A DNA stretch of 64,000 nt from the NCBI GenBank assembly GCA_964106645.2, contig OZ067051.1. One strand, given 5' to 3'. Shown one piece after another: positions 13,030 through 24,620 of the stretch. The position numbers were made by a program, and so were the translations under genes. The DNA is from Podarcis pityusensis (taxonomy: Eukaryota). How positions within the stretch are numbered: position 1 is the first letter of the stretch; every line of letters starts with the position of its first letter. Under the pieces are notes generated by a model, which saw only the letters and a program-made list of their open reading frames with translations, was not told the origin of the DNA and ran no database searches.

Positions 13030-13975
13030 ACGCCTCTGCCGCGGGGCAATCCCTGCTTCGGAGCTGGAGGTGCGGTTTAGGCACACCTAGAAACGAAGGA
13101 AACGGGAAAAGGCACCAGCTGAGGAGAAATATCCGTTTTCCCACTGAGCATGTGCAGAGAGCGCTTCTCCTACCCTGACCAACCGCCTCCGTGTGGAAGA
13201 GGGGCGGTGGGCGTGCCTTCCCGCAGCCCAGCCCATTCCTGCGATTGCCGCCATTTTCGAAAATGAACCGTTGCCCGCGGCCGAAGGGGGCGGGGCGGGG
13301 CATGAGGAGCAGAGAGAGAGAGAGAAGTTCTGGAGGCCTCTCAGGGAAGCGGCGAGTCCGCCGACGCCTCCCGCCCCGCTCCCCTCAGTCAAGCGGGGCG
13401 GGGGGCGGAACGGACGCGTAGCGGCGCTGCTCCCGTAAAGCAGCGCGAGATCCTCGTCACCCTCCGCAGGTGCGCCGACGACGGCCGGCAGTCAGCCAGA
13501 AGCGGCGTCCTCCCAGGGCGCGTGCGCGTGCCTCTCGTCAGGTAACTAACGGCCGCGCTTGAGAGACAGAGCGCGCGCTGCGGCCGAGGCGCCTGGTGGA
13601 CTCCGTTTCCATTGCTCTTGCTTCTTGCTTCTCTTTTCCTTCTCTTCCTCTCTTGCCCGGGAATACATGAAAGGGATAGAGCAGGCGGCGGTATTATGTT
13701 AACGCGGCCCTCTCGGTTTCTCAGCGGGATTCATTGCTTGCCGCAGCAGCCGCCGCCTTCATTCGGCTTCTTCACCGCAACCGCCACCGCAGCCTCCGTT
13801 TTTATACTGTGGAGGTTGAGGAGGGGAAATTCCCCCCCCCTTAGTTTAGCGCGAGGATTGTTCGTAGGCCCCCACCCAACACCCTCGCTTCTCCCCCCCC
13901 CCTCAATAATATGGGGGGGCTCTTCTCTTTGAACCCCCCCCCCGTCACACAAGCAAATCGAGAGAAAGGCGGGGA
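13030..13975. promoter_or_regulatory. CpG island / SUN1 promoter
   Basis: Abrupt GC- and CpG-rich segment in otherwise CpG-depleted DNA. GC boxes at 13286-13300 and ~13395-13407, YY1-type GCCGCCATTTT at 13247-13257, NRF1-like GCGCGTGCGC near 13518. Confidence 0.85.
13400..13541 (+). other. SUN1: Probable non-coding first exon of SUN1 (start approximate)
   Basis: Donor CAG|gtaact at 13541/13542 inside the CpG island, downstream of GC boxes; weaker alternative donor CAG|gtgcgc at 13469. Confidence 0.6.
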
Positions 13976-14080
13976 GGGAGAAATATCTGGTGGCTTCATT
14001 CTCCCTCCCCTCCTTCCTTTCCACTCCCCTTTTATATGAACAAATAGTTGCATGCTGCTATTCCAAAACGAATTGTTGCA

Positions 14081-14133
14081 TTGCAGAGGGTTGGACTAGA
14101 TGACCCTTGGAACCCCTTCTACTCAATGATTCA
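14081..14133 (+). mobile_element. CR1 LINE 3' terminal fragment
   Basis: ggttggactagatgaccctt...cccttctactcaatgattc, the typical CR1 3' end. Confidence 0.65.
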
Positions 14134-14395
14134 TTTTTTTGGGGGGGGGGATCAGGTTTACAACAATTTAGACACCATACAGTTTACTGGTTGCTTTTTT
14201 AAAAACCAAAGTAGCTTACAACAAGCACGTCCATTGAAACAGGCATAAAATAAAGGGAACGAACAAGGATAAATCCGTTTTCAAAAGGCAGGTTTAAATC
14301 ATTCCACCCACTGGAGGCTGCAGATAATTAAGAGCCAAAGGTCTTGTGAAACATATACATGCACATACAATAAAAGATGAGCTTGCCCAACCCAT

Positions 14396-14600
14396 TGTGG
14401 TGGTGTAGTTAAGAGTGTTGGGCCGGCAGACAAGAGTTCAAATCTCCGCTCAGCCATGAAGCTCATTGGGTGACCTTGGGCAAATCACTGTCTCTTAGCC
14501 TGGCTTACCTCACAGGGCTGTTGTGAGAATAAAATGGAGGACGGAAACTATGTATGCCACCTTGAGCTCCTTTGGATGAAAAATGGAACATAAATCAAAT
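14396..14600 (+). mobile_element. MIR-like/Squam2-type SINE
   Basis: gttaagagtgttgg...gttcaaatc...gccatgaagctcattgggtgaccttgggcaaatcact...acctcacagggctgttgtgagaataaaatgg. Confidence 0.7.
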
Positions 14601-14630
14601 GCATAAAAATGCATTAGCTTCCAGCTAGGG

Positions 14631-14768
14631 CAGGGGTGGGTAGCCTGTGATCCTCCACATTTTGCTAAAATACCTCTATCCCTAAGGTAGTTTAGCAAGT
14701 TAGGGTTTATAAGGGCTGATGGGAGTTGGTATTCAACAACAGTTTGAAGGACCACAGGTTCCCCCTCT
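14631..14768. mobile_element. Old palindromic hAT-type MITE
   Basis: caggggtgggtagcctgtgatcctcca ... gatgggagttg...tgaaggaccacaggttcccc. Confidence 0.5.
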
Positions 14769-14954
14769 AGGATTAAAATAAAAATAGAAAGTAGCCCCTG
14801 CTGCTCCATAAGAAGGCTCCAAAAGCTGCAGCCAGCTAATACTTTTAATGGGGCAAACCAAGATGTCGACAAAATGTTGCAATACCTACCTTGATAGTTT
14901 TGTTGTTGCTATCTTCTTATTACATTTATAGTCTGCCTTTCATTCAAGGTAGCA

Positions 14955-15130
14955 TACCAAGACTGGGGAGACCTGGTGTTCAAGTCCCCACCCAGCTGTG
15001 AACTTCAGTATGTGTGTCCTTGAGCCAGTTCCTCCCTCTCAGCCTAACCTATCTTAAAGGGTGGCTGTGCAGATAAAATGGGAGGAGAGGACCATGTAAG
15101 CTGCCCTGCACCACTTGGAGGATAAACTAT
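14955..15130 (+). mobile_element. MIR-like/Squam2-type SINE (degenerate)
   Basis: gttcaagtccccac...ccttgagccag...tctcagcctaacct...agggtggctgtgcagataaaatggg. Confidence 0.6.
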
Positions 15131-15736
15131 GAATGTAACCATTTTTTTGAAGTGAAATTTTCCCCCTCCTTCCTTTCCCCTCTCTTCACTCCGCCTACTT
15201 TTGCTTTCACATCCAGTCTGAAGAAAACTTATGGAGCATTTGAAAGTTTGTTCCTTGTTTTGGGAGGTTCTGATAAAGGTATGGCCTGCCTGAGTTTATG
15301 ATTAAAACTTCTTAAATGTTTGTTTTCAGTCTGTCTAGTGGTCACCAATACTTTCAGACTCTGGCATTATATTATCTTTCTTTTTAAAATTATACATAGC
15401 TGAATTCTGTTTCCTGTGCCGTATTCTATTTCTTCCTGTTTTTAGATGGGTGTTGGAAATATTTTTATTCTGGCAGGCATTTTATATTTGGTTTCTACAT
15501 TTTCATGCTACCTCTTTGAGTTTCATTGTGATTTTTTCCCCTTTTATGTAGCTTCCAATCTGTGCTTGGAACCCTCTGGGCTGGGACTTGTACTCATGTG
15601 TCATGTGACTATCAATCAGTGAATAACTAATAGTTTTCCTACTCACACTTACATACTGTGAGCTGCTGGGTATGGTGGAATATGAGCTCACATAAGTTAG
15701 TACTCAGTTCAAGGTGCCCTGCATGTCTAATAGAAA

Positions 15737-15974
15737 GGCTGCACAGCTCAGTGGTAGAGCACAAGTTTTGCATGCAAAAGGTTACAGGAAGGACTGTAGT
15801 TCAGTGGAATAATACCAGCTTTGCATGCAGAAGGTCCCAAGTTCAATCCCAGGCATCTCCATGTAGGACTGGAAAAAGACTTCTACCTGAAATCCTGGAG
15901 AATGGGTACTAACTAGTCTGAATGCTTAGCTAGATGAACCAATGATCCAACCTGGTATAAGGCAGCTTCCTATG
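15737..15974 (+). mobile_element. tRNA-derived SINE (Squam3-like) with duplicated head
   Basis: agctcagtggtagagca...tttgcatgca head occurs twice; B box gttcaatccc; ends ggcagcttcctatg. Confidence 0.7.
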
Positions 15975-16059
15975 ACTGCCACTACAACTTTTAAGACCAC
16001 CAGGGAGTGCTGTCAATATAGACACCAAATCAAAATCTGTAAGGATACACATTAAGGGT

Positions 16060-16525
16060 ATTCTTGGCTACCCCTCAATGTCTAAGGGCCCAATTTTCTT
16101 AAAGAATGCCTCCTCCCATTCAAACCTGCGTGAATTTTAAGATCTATAGGAAAAGCTCTGCTGGTGGCTCCCAGGCCTAATGAGGTGTATGTGGTAGGGG
16201 CAGGGGCCCATGGGTGGGCTTTCTTTTCAGTGGCCTCTTGCCTTTGAAATGACTTCCCCTCTGAGGTATGTCTCACTACAACACTGATGTCATTTCATCA
16301 GCAGCTGATGACACCTCTTTGCCTAGCCTTTTGGGATTCAGGTGTATTAGCCATTTGAGTTTCTGTTGCTGCTGGTGGTTTTATTTGTAACTGAATTCTG
16401 TGTTTTGTTTTACATTGTTTTTGTTTTATTTTATTTTTTGTTTTTAACAGCATATAGTTCTGACATGGGATGTTTGGTAAATGTTGGATTATAAATATTT
16501 TAATACAGTAATGTAAATAAATAAT
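16060..16525 (+). mobile_element. Old L2-like 3' fragment
   Basis: ttcttaaagaatgcctcctccc...gggctttcttttcagtggcctc...cagctgatgacacctctttg, followed by a T-rich 3' UTR and aaataaataa tail. Confidence 0.5.
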
Positions 16526-16558
16526 CTTCAGTGAGTTTCTATGGAAAATAATGCTTTA

Positions 16559-16596
16559 GTGTATTTATTCTGAAAAAGTGTATTTATTCTGAAAAA
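16559..16596. repeat. 19-bp perfect tandem duplication
   Basis: GTGTATTTATTCTGAAAAA x2. Confidence 0.9.
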
Positions 16597-18564
16597 CCGT
16601 ATGAGGATTTAATTTGGTTTTTAATAGCCAGTGATGGAGTCAAGCATATTATTATCCGCCTCAAGACTTTGGAATAGGAAGAACTGTGTCCAATAAATAC
16701 ATATGAAAGTTGCTTAAAATGGTGGGCGTTTGACCCAGTTCTGTTAAGTAGCACCCTGATTTTAGTAACTTGTGGTAAAATTGTTTCCTTGTGATTGTTG
16801 CTGAGGACAATGTACCAGTAAGTAAGAAGAAATTAAAGAGAATGATATAAAAGTTCAGAGTGAGAGGTGGTTTTGAACAGGCATGAAGTTTTGGTAGTCA
16901 TATTTTGTAGTAAAAATAGTTGGATAGCACTTTGCAGACAGGTAGTTATGTTTTCTTTCTCCAGGAAATTATTAAGTGTATTATATTCAGATACACCCCC
17001 TCATATGGGAATGTGGCACAGTTAGTCCTATAAGGATAATCCAGGCTCACAAGGCTTTAATAGAGTTCTGATTAGAACAGTAGCAGCTGTGCCTTCTGTC
17101 TCTTTGGCAGATAAATGACCTGTCCACAAAAGAGCAACAAACGGCTCTCTGTGCTTTCACTATTTGTGGTACTTTGCTCCAGAGTGGTCTGGGGGTTTGT
17201 AACAGACAGCTGGGAAACAAAAAACGGCATGCTTTATTCAAATGAAAAGATGTCCTTCTGCTAGCATTGCAACTGGGTTGGCATCTTGCTGGGCGTTGGT
17301 GGTATATTTTAGTCAATAAAGAATTTGATGACAGGTTGCATAAATGCCAGGAAACATATGGTGATGTCTCCAATACTATTAGTTATTATTGCCATTGCTG
17401 CTGTTAACAGTAGTGGATTAATTCTGCAAGGAAGACTTGAATACAACATATTTTGGGGCTATGCCCCATTGAATGAATGAATGAAACTTTATTTGCGTCA
17501 GCCGTCGGCCATAGCAACAAAAATACATTGTGATATACACAGAACAAAAGAAAACGTCGATTATAGTAGACCATTGGTATTGGTCTACTATGATTTTTTG
17601 TAATGCCCATCTTTCACATTGTCTCTCTGGTTTTAGCATGCTTATGTGGTTCTGAAGTAGAGTTATGGATTTAGTGATATTGTGATCCAGGCTAAAATGG
17701 TAAAGATCTTGGCAGTACAGCATGGAACATGATGGTGCCAGCATGGCATTAAGAAATGGAAAATGAAATGTGCGCATCAAGTTTTGAATGTTGAAACAAG
17801 GAAAATTTACCTAGGCAGGCAGGTTTTGAGTGTGCAATTATGGTACTAAAGACTATAAATATTCCATTACTAAGTGAGGCTAGACTGATTTATTTACTGC
17901 AAACTTTCTCATATTTATATGTGTTTCTTAGTTATCTCTGAAGAAGATGAACATCAGCTCTCTTCTTAACTAGTCTAAGGGTTATCAGAACTTAAGCAAA
18001 AAAATTGTAAGCCCTTACACACAGGCAACTTAAATATAGATGGTCAAGTGTGATAATTGCACAAGTCTGCTTCCTTGTGTGCTCCTGTGGTGTACACGTG
18101 CAGAGAAACTGCAGCCAAACATAGATTTCCATCATGGTGTACATATAGAAAAATGTGTGTTTATTTAAAAGTGTGACTGTTTATATTGTGGTAACATGCT
18201 AATTCCCATCAGAACAAATCTATGTGTTTCACTCTGAGAAACTGTGATTGGTCATGGATTCTAGGGCTTGTATGCAGCATGTTCATCCAGCAAAATGTAT
18301 TTGTGTGCAATTATATGGTATGTAGATTGTATATTAAGGCATTTGGAAACAAGTGCTTTGCACTTAAGAATTACATACTGTTGGAAGTATCCTTGCTATA
18401 AAATGGAATCCTAGCACGTTCCACTAATGAATAACTCTGTGGGGGGTTTTTTGGGAGGGGGCTGTACATGTGAGAGAGCTGCTAATTCTTATTACAGTGT
18501 AAGCTAATTTGAAAATTGAAGGTGCAAGATGTATTTTTCAACTCCAATTTCAGTAGTCCATATA

Positions 18565-18735
18565 CAGTGGTACCTTGGGTTACATACGCTTCAGATTACA
18601 GATGCTTCAGGTTACAGACTCTGCTAACCCAGAAATAATGCCTCGGGTTAAGAACTTTGCTTAACAGAAATTTCGCGGCAGCGGGAAGCCCCATTAGCTA
18701 AAGTGGTACCTCGGGTTAAGAACAGTTTCAGGTTA
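18565..18735. mobile_element. Truncated Tc1/mariner (pogo/Tigger-like) MITE
   Basis: TA+CAGTGGTACCTTGGGTTAC left end; colinear with the complete copy at 48573-48814; right TIR missing. Confidence 0.8.
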
Positions 18736-19127
18736 GGCATGATTGTGTACTCTAACCAGTGCTCAACTGCCTTTGTAACAAAGACCTGGGTTCTAGTTGT
18801 TGTCCAGCCTGTTTTATCATCCATAATTACTTGAAGTACCAAGTTGCTGAACAGACTACATAGCACTGGAGAGAAAACTAGATTGCTAAACTTTCAATTG
18901 TCCATCTTATCTTGCCATTCTATAGCAAGACTAGGACCTTTCATATGAATGCCTGCCCCATCCACTGGGAAATTCCCAAGAACTTTAAGCAATTCATCAT
19001 ATTCCATTGGTCTCTGGGCTGGGATCAGGGAGCAGACCATCTAAATGGGTCCTCCACCCTGTAGGGGGATGTAGGCACTAGAATTCCAAACTATACCTGG
19101 AAATGTTCTAACCATGGCAATGATGTT

Positions 19128-19222
19128 ATAGAATCATAGAATTGTAGAGTTGAAAGGGACCCTGAGGGTCATCTAATCTAACCCACTGCTATGTACGAAT
19201 CTCAACTGAAGCATCTATGACC
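19128..19222 (-). mobile_element. CR1 LINE 3' terminal fragment
   Basis: atagaatcatagaattgtagagttgaaagggaccctgagggtcatcta, the reverse complement of the ATTCTATG tail. Confidence 0.78.
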
Positions 19223-22200
19223 AAAATTGAAGGTGGAAAGGGGAGAGAAAGAAAATGGTGGTTTTTACACTGTATAGCATGATTTTATTAAATTTACAAA
19301 TGAAACATCACATGGATGAGAAATACAACATATATTGCTATATGATATAGATATGCAGGCACTACTCATAAACTCACTCCTATTATTCTGTTTTCCAAGT
19401 TGATTTATTGAAGAATTCATTGAACTGGTTTACTATATCACCTCATTATCATGTACTACAAAATAATAGATTTAGTAGTTTACATGAAAGATATTTTGCT
19501 TGGTGCTGCCAATCTTTCCCAGAAATCTGCAGCTGTAGGGGAGTATTAGATGTCTACTTCCAATACATATGTGTTAATGGTGATTTGGTGAGGTGAGCCC
19601 AACAAACTTGGGTGGCACCCTCTCTGAAATGACTGTGTGGCTAGAGCACACCACAAAGTACATGGGTCTTTTGGTGGGCTAGTTGAAGCTAAACAGATTC
19701 CTTGAAGCTAGAAAGCTTTAAAACAACTGCTCCTGGCATTTTTGATATGTGTAATGCTGAGGAGGCATGTGCTATAATCAGGGGAGGGCCAAGCCTCTCT
19801 TTGGCCCCTCCTCGGGTGCGTATTGGCTTCACCATCCTGCCAGTTTAATGCACCAAACCTTGTGCCCTATTTGAGTATTGATTAGTCCTTGGGGGTTCAC
19901 TAGAGTGCATCCTGCATATTCAAAGAATGTCATGGTCTCATGCAGCCCCAGACAACTGCTTCTGTATGTCAGGGTTAAGAATGAGCATGAATGAGCCATT
20001 GGATGAGCTGCCAGTTTTGTTTTATCTGCTGAAGTGAGGGAGGGAGGCTTACAGAGAGGCTTCCTTTGACAAGGTTATGGGAACCTTCAGGGAGGGAAGG
20101 AAGAGCAAGGGATCACTATAGCAATGGGGGGGGTGGAGTACTGCCACCCTTTTGATTAGGTATGGCATGCATGTGGGTGAGCAACAGGTGGCAGCAATGA
20201 GAGGCAGAGAGGGGAGTGGGGAGCTGCATACCTAAGCACTGTGAAAGCTGATGATCTCTAAGATGGAGATGGAGGCTCTGGACAGTGCTAGGTGGGATGA
20301 ATAAACTCGTGTTGCCAGATTTCAAAAGCTCTAGCCTTGCATGATGTGGGACATTTTAATATTTCCTCTAAGGCCAGCTCTTGTTGAGGTAGGAAAAGGT
20401 TTTTAAGTTAAGTTGTTCCAAAGAATAAGGAAAATGCTCCCGACATTCAAATTTTGCTTTGCATATGATGAAAGTGCTAGAGCTGTGCAGATAATTTACA
20501 TAGGTAAAGGTCCCCCCCCCCATAAAAACGTTGTTTAGCATTTGAATAACTGCACTTGCCTCCTTGCTATGAAAGTATCAATTTTGCTAGCACAGGTTTA
20601 ATGGAGTTCTTGCTCATAGGTCTCCAGAGCTTATTTTTAAAAAGCAGGGAAGAGCCTGATCCCGCCCCCTCCCTGCCTTCCTTTTGCTAAATAGAAGCAT
20701 GTTGTGGAAACAGAACATTGCAGGTTGCCTAGGAAAACAACAAAAGCATGTTGGGGGGATCTTCTGTGCAGTATTGTAGCTTCTCCTTGCTAAAGAGCTA
20801 ATTAAAGGTGAGAATGAAAGTGCCATGGAAACCTGTAACTATAAATAAAACACTGGGAAAAGGTTTTCAGTATGTACATCCTTGAAGGAAATTAAGTGGT
20901 TAAATATTGTGGGCTGGCTGAAGTAGCTTTGTCCAATAAATTCAAAGTCTGCCTCTGAGTGACAATGGAAGCTTTAAGAGGCTGGATTAGATTCGTCTGA
21001 TCCTTCAGGCTTTGTTGACGCTGGGAAGCCATTTTGGGATTCTGCAGTGTGGAACAGAAAGAATGTGCTGTCAACTCTCAAACTTGTTTTGAGTTATTGG
21101 GCAGGAGATCGCCCCGTCCTGGAACACAATGCTGAATTAAAGTATTCTTCCTTCCTTCTCTGTGGGATGAATGATGCTGCATTTTGAAAAGATCCAGGTT
21201 TGAAGGTGTACCTCTGCTGCTGTTTTCTGATCAGTTGTGTAGGTCTGATAGATCTGGAGCGTAACTTGGCAACTTGAGTTTGTTTTTAGCTGTGCCAAAG
21301 CATCGAGTTGCTTGCTTGTTCTGCTTTAGTGAGCCTTATTTTGCAATTTGTTTCTTAGTAATTTGGGATCTGACTGAGTTATTGTACAGAACAAGTTGAG
21401 TTGGATTTTTCGATCATTGCTGGTTTTCAGGGTTACTAGCTTGTAAAGTGAAAACACTCATGTTATCTGAAGCATGTAGAAAATGCTCAGTATTTTTATA
21501 AATTCCATGTTCTGTTAACTGCAATTTAGCTATGTATGTTCCTCTTAAGTTCAGAATAATTCTTTTAAAAAATATTTAGTGTGTTGTAATATGTGCTCTC
21601 CTTTGACAGCCACAGTCTAAGTAATAATACAGTCAAAGCTTGCACCAAGTGCAATATATAGATGATCAGATTTGTATGTCAGAATACCCGTGGTTTTTTT
21701 TAACATGTGATTGATACATCTTTCTGAAACACTGTCTTTTGTCCTAAATCGTGTACTGTATTTACTTTTGCTTGAAGCTCTTTGCTTTTCAGCCTGTTCT
21801 TTTTAAATTTTAATGTGGGGAGGTACGTGAAAGAGGCTGCAAAATGTTAGATATTCCCTGTAAGTTAATTCAGATTTTGGGGAATGAGTTTTCAGTGACT
21901 AAAATGAAATACTATAGTTAGATTAGCTTGTAAACTGCTGAAGCAGCAGCAACAAAGTTCTTAAAATCTGAAGGTGCAAGCTATTTGTTATTGGCTGCAT
22001 TAACCATAATTTAATTTAATGTACTGCACTAAAAAGAGAGTTCATAGCTCAGTTTGTTTTGAGGAGGCATTTGGGATATACATAGTTAGCATATTATAGC
22101 TCATAAGTAACCATATTGTTTTTAAAATGCTTAAGAATAGCAGGTCTTGATTTTTAAACCAGCACTATGGATGTTTTGTTTATTGTTTGATCAGTAATAC

Positions 22201-22844
22201 TATCCTTTTAATTCTAAAATGAAGGCCCATTTTATAGACAGTTATTGCCTGATGTATTATTGCTGCTAGTGTATTCTTATAAGAGATATGTTCCAGTAGT
22301 TCTAAAAGATGCCTGTTTTCTGTGAACATCTAATATCCTACTCCTTCAATCCCTTTTCCTTATCAAAAGTGAAACTAGAGTGGAATGTATTCATATTCTT
22401 TATCACAACCTGTGAATTGAGCAGCAAAAGGAAACTGATGTCCATGGTTCTGAATTTGTTAAAAAGAATAATAGCAGCTTTGAAATGTAGCACGTGAGTT
22501 GCATCAACAACTTATTTAAACAGAACATCAGGTACCACTTTTTGTACTTCTGATTACTGCCATCCCAACATCCAGACCTGTTAAGAAAAATAAGTGGAGA
22601 TCCCTGCTGCCCCACCCCCAAAAGTCTTATTTTTGAATCTTATTCAAAAACAAAAGTAAAAGTTTGAAGCCTTTTGCAATTTGCATAGTTTTCTCCTGAG
22701 CCATGGACTTCTGTTGATAAGATTGTTGAGTATAGAGAGACACATTGGAATCATCATGAGGAGCAGAACACACACACACCCATTTTTAAAATGTGGCTAT
22801 TTTTACTTGAGTGATGAAGCTATTGCACTATAGCCGTGTTCTCA

Positions 22845-23001
22845 CCCATTTCATCCTCACAACAACCCTGTGAGGTAGGTTAAGCTAAGAGATAGTGACT
22901 GGCTCAAGGTCACCACCCAGTGAGCTTCATGGGTGAGTGGGGATTCGAACCATGGTCTCCCAGGTCAGAGGCCAACACTCTAACCATTATGCCACACTGG
23001 C
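22845..23001 (-). mobile_element. MIR-like/Squam2-type SINE
   Basis: ccattttcatcctcacaacaaccctgtgaggtaggtt...ggggattcgaacc...aacactctaaccattatgccacactgg. Confidence 0.72.
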
Positions 23002-23189
23002 TTTCATTGTTTTGTCTCCTCTCTATGCATTGAGTAAATGTGGTACTGGATGTACGAACAGGACTACTGTCTCCTATGCAATAATGTAGGAGTTGGCCAC
23101 AATTTTTTTAAATGTTTCTTGGATCATTTGAATTTATAATATTTTTCTCTGTGCACTCTGTGGCCAGATAATTATTGGTCACAGGACAG

Positions 23190-24620
23190 CAGAGCAGGTT
23201 GGGCTGGCTTAAGCCCTTCTCTGGTCCAAGGCAGGGACAGCAATTTTGCTATCCCTTCTGTGCAGGAGGTTCCTGTGCTTATTCAGTTTTTCTACAGAGC
23301 TGCGGGTTTGGAGGCCTTCTTGCTCATTTCTTCAGACATTTCAGCCTATCTTTCCTCTGACAGAAAGGGAAGGAAGAGTGCAGCACCTCACACATCACTC
23401 TTAAGACTTCTATAACTTCATAGCCTCGTACCCCACACCTGTTTGACCACAGGCTCAGGAAAGGGAGGACAAGATGCTGTGGCTTCCAAACCTATCACAA
23501 AACGTTTTATCCTCTTCCATAGAAGTGATGGATAGGTGCACTGTCCTCTCCGTGGATGGCTTCGTGGCTGCATTAATACCCATGCCAGCGATTCCCCAGA
23601 AAAAGGAGAATTCAAGATGAATCCTTGATAGGAAGAATGGTGCTGGCCTATGATAGATTTGATCCGGATACTTCTTTCATAGAATCATAGAATTGTAGAG
23701 TTGGAAGGGACCCCAAGGGTCATCTAGTCCAACCCCTGCAATACAAGAATCTCAACTAAAGCAACCAGGACAGATGGCCATCCAACCTCTGCTTTAAAAC
23801 TTCCAAGGAAGGAGAGTCCACAACCTCCTGAGGGAGACCATTCCACTTCCATCAAAGCCACCACTGCCAATTATTTTGGTGTGAGCTCCCATTCTTGTAC
23901 CCAGGCTCTACACTTAGAAGTTATTTTGAGTGGATCAGCTATTTTGGGCTGGGCAGCTGAAATTTATGTTGGACTCATCTATGAATTTCTTTTGGTTTCA
24001 GCAAGGATTGTATCATCTAGAACTCATTAAATAACTTTTAATCTGGGCTTCTTAATTGTCAATATATTCTTCATGTCCAAAGGAACCCCAAAATGGCACA
24101 TTTCTTCTCCAAATTCCAATAATAGGGATATTAAGTGATAGATTCACTTTTCCTACTAGGCCTCCTATATACCTTTCTGTCTCTCTACTTTTAGGGAAAG
24201 TACTTTTAGGGACACAGTCCTTCTACATGGAAATCTGAAATATTCTGCGTGGCTGACCAAGATTCCCAGACTTAATGGAATATGAGATTCTGGGCCCTTG
24301 ACCCTTCCTCATCTCACTGAGTCTTCTCTCTCAGAGCCCAATCTACCATCCCTTTGAGATCAGTCTTGCTTTTATGCTTCAAAACTGAAAAGCAATGCTG
24401 TCAAGACTGGGATTGTGAGGAAAACAATTAACACCATTCTGACCTCCTGCAGATTGTCTGCTTCTCAGACTTATGAAATAACATGGAAAGCCATCCACAG
24501 ATCCCAAGAGAGAAACACTCCATTCCATTTCTGCCTCTGGTCAGGACATCTTAGCCTTCTCCAACAGGCTGACCAAGAGCTCAGCAATCATTACTCTTAA
24601 GAGACAGATGGCAATGCTTG
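23190..24620 (+). mobile_element. Decayed DIRS1-like tyrosine-recombinase retrotransposon remnant (boundaries approximate)
   Basis: Frameshifted segments resemble DIRS ORF1 (SVDGFVAALIP at ~23548; LDRKN at ~23624), the post-RNaseH region (GILSDRFTFP, LLGKVL, FPDLME, LLSQSPIYHP) and the recombinase N-terminus (TINTILTSCRLSASQTYEITWKA), in the expected order. Recognised from memory. Confidence 0.62.
23677..23848 (-). mobile_element. CR1 LINE 3' fragment inserted in the DIRS remnant
   Basis: tcatagaatcatagaattgtagagttggaagggaccccaagggtcatctagtccaacccc...ccatccaacctctgctttaaaacttccaaggaaggagagtccac. Confidence 0.85.

Noticed and set aside
13028-14053. Cluster of overlapping ORFs on both strands
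   Set aside because: Expected from stop-codon scarcity in a GC-rich CpG island; low-complexity translations
13890-14150. Poly-C/poly-G runs as functional G-quadruplexes
   Set aside because: Similar homopolymer runs are scattered across the window; nothing specific supports function
15737-15860. Possible tRNA genes
   Set aside because: Degenerate stems that continue into a SINE body
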